From Eutreptiella sp. 'Long Island Sound 2002' (taxonomy: Eukaryota; Protista; Euglenida), in contig OZ038379.1 in the NCBI GenBank assembly GCA_964036045.1, positions 27,156,001-27,220,000 on the forward strand: DNA of 64,000 bases. The letters are read 5' to 3'. The translations under genes and the position numbers were made by a program. Shown here piece after piece: positions 55,040 to 64,000 of this stretch (position 1 is its first letter; each line of letters opens with the position of its first letter). The notes below the pieces were generated by a model. The model searched no databases, was not told the origin of the DNA, and was given only the letters and a program-made list of their open reading frames with translations.

Positions 55040-56565
55040 TTCCAAAGGTCTCACCCATTGACTGTCCTCTGCTGCTTCGGCGTTCTCGCTGAGACTTTCC
55101 TTCTCACGGCCGTGTGCTTCCGACTCCACATCCTTAGGATCCACATCCTTAGGATCATGTGCTCTTCTCTGTGCTTGGGCCTTTTCATCTGCCTGTCAGC
55201 AGATGTTCGGATGAAGTAAATGCAGGAAACTGACTTTAACGACAGTGGTGCCATCATTCTATCATTGCATCATGGTGGTTCCATCAATGCACAAGAATGA
55301 TCCAAACAGACAAACGAACCTGCTTCTCGGCATTGGTTGTTTCGGCTTCCTCAGCCGCTCTCTTCTGCTTGTCGAGCTCTTCTGCTCTCCTCTGTGCTCG
55401 GACCTGTTCCTCTGTCTGCAAGCAAATTTTGGGCTGAAGCACATGCACGAAAACCACTTTCACCACGCCAGAAGACAGTGGGGCCATCATTCCATCATCG
55501 CTGGTTCAATCGGTGCACAAGAGCGTATCCCGACACTCAGTGCACACCTGTTCCAACGGTCCCACCCACTGACCAGTTCTCGCGTCCATTAGGGCGGAAC
55601 CGCTGAGACTTTCCTTGTCCGGGCCGTGTGCTTCCGACTCCACATCCTTAGGATCCACATCCTTAGGATCATCTGCTCTTCTCTGTGCTTGGACCTTTTC
55701 ATCTGCCTGTAAGCAGATGTTCGGATGAAGTAAATGCAGGAAACTGAATTTAACAACAGTGGTGCCATCATTCTATCATTGCATCATGGTTGTTCCATCA
55801 ATGCACAAGAATGATCCAAACAGACAAACGAACCTGCTTCTCGGCGTTGGCTGTTTTGGCTTCCTCAGCCGGTCTCTTCTGCTCTTTTCTTTGTGCTAGG
55901 GCTGTTTCATCCGTCTGCAAATAGATGTCGGGATGAAGAACATGCTAGAAAATGATTTTCACGACACCAATGCAATGGTGCCTCGCTGCACAATCATTGT
56001 AGGTTCCATTGATGCACAAGAATTTTTCATACGCAAAAAGGATTTTGCCTCCTGGTGCTGAGTGCTTCCTCGGCCGCTCTGTTTTGCTCGTCAAGCTCAT
56101 TCGCTTTCCTCTGTGCTTGGGCTTGTTCCTCTGCCTACAAGCACATGTTGGGATGAGGCACATGCAAGAAAATGACTTTATCAAGGCCTGGTGCCACCAT
56201 TCTAGCATTGCTGGTTCCATCGATGCACAACAAGTTGTCAAATAGACAAAAGAACCTGCTTCCCAGCGTTGGCTGTTTCGGCTTCCTCAGCCGCTCTCGT
56301 CTGCTCTTTCCTCTGTGCTTGGGCCTTTTCCTCTGCCTCTAAGCAAATGTTGGGATGAATCACATGCAGGAAAATGAATTTAACGACAGTGGTGCCATCA
56401 TTCTATCATTGCATCATGGTGGTTCCATCAATGCACAAGAATGTTTCAAACAGACAAACGAACCTACATCCTGGCATTGGCTGTTTCGGCTTCCTCAGCC
56501 GCTCTCTTCTGCTCCTCGCGCTCATCAACTTTCCTTTGTGGTTGGGCGTTTTCCTCCGTCCCGTT
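55040..56565. repeat. Diverged tandem repeat region (~210-bp subunits, with a ~518-bp duplication)
   Basis: gcaggaaa..ga.tttaacgacagtggtgccatcattctatcattgcatcatggt..ttccatcaatgcacaagaatg..caaacagacaaacgaacct recurs at ~55222, ~55736 and ~56368, with weaker copies at ~55445, ~55947 and ~56165. catccttaggatccacatccttaggatc occurs at ~55131 and ~55641. Confidence 0.88.
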
Positions 56566-59500
56566 CCCCCATCCGTGAAATATTTGGGGGCTGTAGACCC
56601 CCCAAATATTTGACGAAACCCCATCCGTGAAATATTTTGGGGGTGTACAGCCCCCAAATATTTGACGGAACCCCATCCGTCAAATATTTGGGGGGTGTAC
56701 AGCCCCCAAATATTTGATGGAACCCCATCCGTCAAATATTTTGGGGGTCTACACCCCCAAAATATTTCACGGATGTGGTTCCGTGAAATATTTGGGGGCT
56801 GTAGACCCCCCAAATATTTGACGGAGCCCCATCCGTCAAATATTTTGGGGGTGTACAGCCCCCAAATATTTGACGGAACCCCATCCGTGAAATATTTTGG
56901 GGGTCTACACCCCCAAAATATTTCACGGATGTGGTTCCGTGAAATATTTGGGGGCTGTAGACCCCCCAAATATTTGACGGAACCCCATCCGTCAAATATT
57001 TTGGGGGTGTACAGCCCACAAATATTTGACGGAACCCCATCCGTAAAATATTTGGGGGGTTTACACCCCCAAAATATTTCACGGATGTGGTTCCGTGAAA
57101 TATTTGGGGGCTGTAGACCCCCCAAATATTTGATGGAACCCCATCCGTCGAACATTTTGGGGGTGTACAGCCCCTAAATATTTGACGGATCCCCATCCGT
57201 CAAATATTTGGGGGGTGTACCGCCCCCAAATATACGACGGAACCCCATCCGTGAAATATTTTGGGGGTCTACATTCCCAAAATATTTCACGGATGTGGTT
57301 CCGTGAAATATTTGGGGGCTGTAGACCCCCCAAATATTTGACGGAACCCCATCCGTCAAATATTTGGGGGGTGTACAGCCCCCAAATATTCGATGGAACC
57401 CTTTCCGTGAAATATTTTGGGGGTCTACACCCCCAAAATATTTCACGGATGTGGTCCCCGAAATATTTTGGGGCCTCAGACCCCCCAAATATTTGACGGA
57501 ACCCCATCCGTCAAATATTTGGGGGTGTACAGCCCCCAAATATTTCACGGATCCCCATCCGTCAAATATTTGGGGGGTGTACAGCCCCCAAATATTTGAC
57601 GGAACCCCATCCGTGAAACATTTTGGGGGTCTACACCCCCAAAATAGTTCACGGATGTGGTTCCGTGAAATATTTGGGGGCTGTAGACCCCCCAAATATT
57701 TGACGGAACCCCATCCGTCAAACATTTTGGGGGTGTACAGCCCCCAAATATTTGACGGAACCCCATCCGTGAAATATTTTGGGGGTCTACACCCCCAAAA
57801 TATTTCACAGATGTGGTTCCGTGAAATATTTGGGGGCTCTAGACCCCCAAAATATTTGACGGAACCCCATCCGTCAAATATTTTCGGGGTCTACACCCCC
57901 AAAATATTTCACGGATGTGGTTCCGTGAAATATTTGGGGGATGTAGACCCCCCAAATATTTGATGGAACCCCATCCGTGAAATATTTTGGGGGTGTACAG
58001 CCCCCAACTATTTGACGGAACCCCATCCGTGAAATATTTTGGGGGTCTACACCCCCAAAATATTTGACGGATGGGGTTCCGTCAAATATTTGGGGGCTGT
58101 ACACCCCCAAAACATTTCACGGATGTGGTCCCCGAAATATTTTGGGGCCTCAGACCCCCCAAATATTTGACGGATCCCCATCCGTCAAATATTTGGGGGG
58201 TGTACAGCCCCCAAATATTTGACGGAACCCCATCCGTGAAATATTTTGGGGGTCTACACCCCCAAAATATTTCACAGATGTGGTTCCGTGAAATATTTGG
58301 GGGCTCTAGACCCCCAAAATATTTGACGGAACCCCATCCGTCAAATATTTTCGGGGTCTACACCCCCAAAATATTTCACGGATGTGGTTCCGTGAAATAT
58401 TTGGGGGATGTAGACCCCCCAAATATTTGACGGAACCCCATCCGTGAAATATTTTGGGGGTGTACAGCCCCCAAATATTTGATGGAACCCCATCCGTGAA
58501 ATATTTTGGGGGTTAACACCCCCAAAATATTTCACGGATGTGGTCCCCGAAATATTTTGGGGCCTCAGACCCCCCAAATATTTGACGGAACCCCATCCGT
58601 GAAATATTTTGGGGGTGTACAGCCCCCAAATATTTGACGGAACCCCATCCGTGAAATATTTTGGGGGTCTACACCCCCAAAATATTTCACGGATGTGGTT
58701 CCGTGAAATATTTGGGGGCTGTAGACCCCCCAAATATTTGACGGAACCCCATCCGTAAAAAATTTGGGGGTGTACAGCCCCCAAATGTTTGACGGATCCC
58801 CATCCGTCAAATATTTGGGGGGTGTACAGCCCCCAAATATTTGACGGAACCCCATCCGTGAAATATTTTGGGGGTCTACATTCGCAAAATATTTCACGGA
58901 TGTGGTTCCGTGAAATATTTGGGGGCTGTAGACCCCCCAATATTTGACGGAACCCCATCCGTCAAATATTTTGGGGGTCTACAGCCCCCAAAGATTTGAC
59001 GGAACCCCATCCGTGAAATATTTTGGGGGTGTACACCCCCAAAATATTTCACGGATGTGGTTCCGTAAAATATTTGGGGGATGTAGACCCCCCAAATATT
59101 TGATGGAACCCCATCCGTGAAATATTTTGGGGGTGTACAGCCCCCAAATATTTGACGGAACCGCATCCGTCAAATATTTTGGGGTTGTAGACCCCCCAAA
59201 TATTTGACGGAACCCCGTCCTTCAAATATTTTGGGGGGTGTACAGCCCCCAAATATTTGACGGAACCCCATCCGTGAAATATTTTGGGGGTCTACACCCC
59301 CAAAATATTTCACCGATGGGGTTCCGGGAAAAAGTTGGGGGCTGTAGACCCCCCAAATATTTGACGGAACCCCATCCGTCAAATATTTTGGGGGTCTACA
59401 GCCCCCAAATATTTGACGGAACCACATCCGTCAAATATTTTTGGGGCTGTAGACCCCCCAAATATTTGACGGACCCCCATCCGTCAAATATTTTGGGGTT

Positions 59501-62500
59501 GTAGACCCCCCAAATATTTGACGGAACCCCATCCGTGAAATATTTTGGGGGTCTTCACCCCCAAAATATTTCACGGATGTGGTTCCGTGAAATGTTTGGG
59601 GGCTGTAGACCCCCCCAAATATTTGACGGAACCCCATCCTTGAAATTTTTTGGGGGTCTACAGCCCCGAAATATTTGACGGAACCTCCTCCGTGAAATGT
59701 TTTGGGGGTCTACACCCCCAATACATTTCACGGAATCAGGTTCCGTGAAATATTTGGGGGCTGTAGACCCCCCAAATATTTGACGGAACCCCATCCGTGA
59801 AATATTTTGGGGGTGTAGACCCCCCAAATATTTGACGGAACCCCATCCGTGAAATATTTTTGGGGGTGTACAGCCCCCAAATATTTGACGGAACCACATC
59901 CGTCAAATATTTTGGGGCTGTAGACCCCCTAAATATTTGACGGAACCCCATCCGTCAAATATTTTGGGGGTGTAGACCCCCCAACTAATTGACGGAACCC
60001 CATTCGTCAAATATTTTGGGGGGTGTACAGCCCCCAAATATTTGACGGAACCCCATCCGTGAAATATTTTGGGGATCTACACCCCCAAAATATTTGACCG
60101 ATGTGGTTCCGTCAAATATTTGGGGGCTGTAGACCCCCCAAATATTTGACGGAACCCCATCCGTCAAATATTTTGGGGGTGTACAGCCCCCAAATATTTG
60201 ACGGATCCCCATCCGTCAAATATTTGGGGGGTATACAGCCCCCAAATATTTGAAGGATGTGGTTCCGTCAAATATTTTGGGGGTGTACAGCCCCCAAATA
60301 TTTGACGGAACCCCATCCGTGAAATATTTTGGGGGTCTACACCCCCAAAATATTTCACGGATGTGGTTCCGTGAAATATTTGGGGGATGTAGACCCCCCA
60401 AATATTGGATGGAACCCCATCCGTGAAATATTTTGGGGATGCACAGCCCCCAAATATTTGACGGAACCCCATCCGTGAAATATTTTGGGGGTCTACACCC
60501 CCAAAATATTTCACGGATGTGGTTCCCCGAAATATTTTGGGGCCTCAGACCCCCCAAATATTTGACGGAACCCCATCCGTCAAATATTTGGGGGGTGTAC
60601 AGCCCCCAAATATTTGACGGAACCCCATCCGTGAAATATTTTGGGGGTCTACACCCCCAAAATATTTCACGGATGTGGTTCCGTGAAATATTTGGGGGCA
60701 GTAGACCCCCCAAATGTTTGACGGAACCCCATCCGTAAAAAATTTGGGGGTGTACAGCCCCCAAATATTTGACGGATCCCCATCCGTCAAATATTTGGGG
60801 GGTGTACAGCCCCCAAATATTTGACGGAACCCCATCCGTGAAATATTTTGGGGGTCCACATTCGCAAAATATTTCACGGATGTGGTTCCGTGAAATATTT
60901 GGGGGCTGTAGACCCCCCAATATTTGACGGAACCCCATCCGTCAAATATTTTGGGGGTGTACAGCCCCCAAAGATTTGACGGAACCCCATCCGTGAAATA
61001 TTTTGGGGGTGTACACCCCCAAAATATTTCACGGATGGGGTTCCATGAAATATTTGGGGGATGTAGACCCCCCAAATATTTGATGGAACCCCATCCGTGA
61101 AATATTTTGGGGGTGTACAGCCCCCAAATATTTGACGGAACCGCATCCTTCAAATATTTTGGGGTTGTAGACCCCCCAAATATTTAACGGAACCCCATCC
61201 GTCAAATATTTTGGGGGGTGTACAGCCCCCAAATATTTGACGGAACCCCATCCGTGAAATATTTTGGGGGTCTACACCCCCAAAATATTTCACGGATGTG
61301 GTTCCGTGAAATGTTTGGGGGCTGTAGACCCCCCAAATATTTGACGGAACCCCATCCGTGAAATTTTTTGGGGGTCTACAGCCCCGAAATATTTGACGGA
61401 ACCTCCTCCGTGAAATGTTTTGGGGGTCTACACCCCCAATACATTTCACGGATGTGGTTCCGTGAAATATTTGGGGGCTGTAGACCCCCCAAATAATTGA
61501 CGGAACCCCATCCGTCAAATATTTTGGGGGGTGTACAGCCCCCAAATATTTGACGGAACCCCATCCGTGAAATATTTTGGGGATCTACACCCCCAAAATA
61601 TTTGACCGATGTGGTTCCGTGAAATATTTGGGGGCTGTAGACCCCCCAATATTTGACGGAACCCCATCCGTCAAATATTTTGGGGGTGTAGACCCCCCAA
61701 AGATTTGACGGAACCCCATCCGTGAAATATTTTGGGGGTGTACACCCCCAAAATATTTCACGGATGGGGTTCCATGAAATATTTGGGGGATGTAGACCCC
61801 CCAAATATTTGATGGAACCCCATCCGTGAAATATTTTGGGGGTCTACAGCCCCCAAATATTTGACGGAACCACATCCGTCAAATATTTTTGGGACTGTAG
61901 ACCCCCCAAATATTTGACGGAACCCCATCCGTCAAATATTTTCGGGTTGTAGACCCCCCAAATATTTGACGGAACCCCATCCGTGAAATATTTTGGGGGT
62001 CTTCACCCCCAAAATGTTTCACGGATGTGGTTCCGTGAAATGTTTGGGGGCTGTAGACCCCCCAAATATTTGACGGAACCCCATCCGTGAAATTTTTTGG
62101 GGGTCTACAGCCCCGAAATATTTGACGGAACCTCCTCCGTGAAATGTTTTGGGGGTCTACACCCCCAATACATTTCACGGATGTGGTTCCGTGAAATATT
62201 TGGGGGCTGTAGACCCCCCAAATAATTGACGGAACCCCATCCGTCAAATATTTTGGGGGGTGTACAGCCCCCAAATATTTGACGGAACCCCATCCGTGAA
62301 ATATTTTGGGGATCTACACCCCCAAAATATTTGACCGATGTGGTTCCGTGAAATATTTGGGGGCTGTAGACCCCCCAAATATTTGACGGAACCCCATCCG
62401 TCAAATATTTTGGGGGTGTACAGCCCCCAAATATTTGACGGATCCCCATCCGTCAAATATTTGGGGGGTATACAGCCCCCAAATATTTGAAGGATGTGGT

Positions 62501-64000
62501 TCCGTCAAATATTTTGGGGCTGTAGACCCCCCAAATATTTGACGGAACCCCATCCGTCAAATATTTTGGGGGTGTAGACCCCCCAAATATTTGACGGAAC
62601 CCCATCCGTCAAATTTTTACGGGGGTGTACAGCCCCCAAATATTTGACGGAACCCCATCCGTGAAACATTTTGGGGGTCTACACCCCCAAAATATTTCAC
62701 GGATGTGGTTCCGTGAAATATTTGGGGGCTGTAGACCCCCCAAATGTTTGACGGATCCCCATCCGTCAAATATTTTGGGGGTGTACAGCCCCCAAATATT
62801 TGACGGAACCCCATCCGTGAAATATTTTGGGGGTCTACACCCCCAAAATATTTCACGGATGTGGTTCCGTGAAATATTTGGGGGCTGTAGACCCCCCAAA
62901 TATTTGACGGATCCCCATCCGTCAAGCATTTTGGGGGTGTACAGCCCCCAAATATTTGACGGATCCCCATCCGTCAAATATTTGGGGGGTGTACAGCCCC
63001 CAAATATTTGACGGAACCCCATCCGTGAAATATTTTGGGGGTCTACACCCCCAAAATACTTCACGGATGTGGTTCCGTGAAATATTTGGGGGATGTAGAC
63101 CCCCCAAATATTTGATGGAACCCCATCCGTGAAATATTTTGGGGGTGTACAGCCCCCAAATATTTGACGGAACCGCATCCGTCAAATATTTTGGGGTTGT
63201 AGACCCCCCAAATATTTGACGGAACCCCATCCGTCAAATATTTTGGGGGGTGTACAGCCCCCAAATATTTGACGGAACCCCATCCGTGAAATATTTTGGG
63301 GGTCTACAGCCCCCAAAAATTTGACGGAACCACATCCGTCAAATATTTTTGGGGTTGTAGACCCCCCAAATATTTGACGGAACCCCATCCGTGAAATATT
63401 TTGGGGGTCTTCACCCCCAAAATATTTCACGGATGTGGTTCCGTGAAATGTTTGGGGGCTGTAGACCCCCCAAATATTTGACGGAACCCCATCCGTGAAA
63501 TGTTTTGGGGGTCTACACCCCCAATACATTTCACGGATGTGGTTCCGTGAAATATTTGGGGGCTGTAGACCCCCCAAATATTTGACGGAACCCCATCCGT
63601 GAAATATTTTGGGGGTCTTCACCCCCAAAATATTTCACGGATGTGGTTCCGTGAAATGTTTGGGGGCTGTAGACCCCCCAAATATTTGACGGAACCCCAT
63701 CCGTGAAATGTTTTGGGGGTCTACACCCCCAATACATTTCACGGATGGGGTTCCGTCAAATATTTGGGGGGTCTACAGCCCCCAAACATTTCACGGATCC
63801 CCATCCGTCAAATATTTGGGGGGTGTACAGCCCCCAAATATTTGACGGAACCCCATCCGTGAAATATTTTGGGGGTCTACACCCCCAAAATACTTCACGG
63901 ATGTGGTTCCGTGAAATATTTGGGGGATGTAGACCCCCCAAATATTTGATGGAACCCCATCCGTGAAATATTTTGGGGGTGTACAGCCCCCAAATATTTG
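56566..64000. repeat. Large hairpin satellite, ~52-bp monomers (~140 copies, running off the window end), mixed-orientation linkers
   Basis: Monomer ccccatccgt(g/c)aaatattt(t)ggggg-tgtacag/ctgtagac/tctacac-ccccc(a)aaatattt(g/c)acggaa. Arms tccgtcaaatatttggggg / cccccaaatatttgacgga. Linkers ggaaccccatcc, ggaaccacatcc, ggatgtggttcc and ggatggggttcc occur, i.e. both orientations. Confidence 0.98.

Noticed and set aside
56406-63966. Dozens of ORFs such as GFRQIFGGCTPPKYLTDGVPSNIWG...
   Set aside because: Satellite translations on both strands with shifting frames; not protein-coding.
1-64000. tRNA, rRNA and snRNA genes
   Set aside because: No cloverleaf with T-loop GTTCRA or rRNA/snRNA signature was recognised by eye; a covariance-model scan would be needed to exclude them.

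Overview
Eukaryotic, repeat-rich genomic window. It is most likely from a photosynthetic euglenid (Eutreptiella/Euglena-type). This is inferred from a euglenid-style bipartite plastid presequence, a candidate SL trans-splice acceptor, GT-AG introns and TTAGGG-like tracts. One gene is clearly intact: an intronless ALB3/YidC thylakoid insertase (7817-10030) fused to a C-terminal STI1-like + ankyrin module that ends in a DnaK-like tail. Three phase-compatible exons (25565-25670, 29858-29962, 30263-30538) encode part of a HECTD1-type galactose-binding-like domain of a large-intron host gene. Most of the rest is decayed mobile DNA. There are two APE-RT non-LTR retrotransposons (about 0.4-4.1 kb and 47.7-54.7 kb) and a LINE 3' fragment with RNase H (31-32.2 kb). 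A Penelope-like RT with no visible endonuclease (43.5-46.5 kb) is flanked by permuted inverted repeats that contain a hammerhead-like motif. DNA-transposon-like relics are also present (Ulp1 protease inside an inverted-repeat pair, a SAP-domain ORF, a RAG1/Transib-like motif). There are many tandem arrays, including three related hairpin satellites (82, 72 and about 52 bp units) sharing a GGGG-TGTA[C/G]A-CCCC core; the last fills 56.6-64 kb. Most short ORFs in the supplied track are artefacts of GC-rich repeats. All family assignments are motif recognition by eye and from memory; no searches were run.
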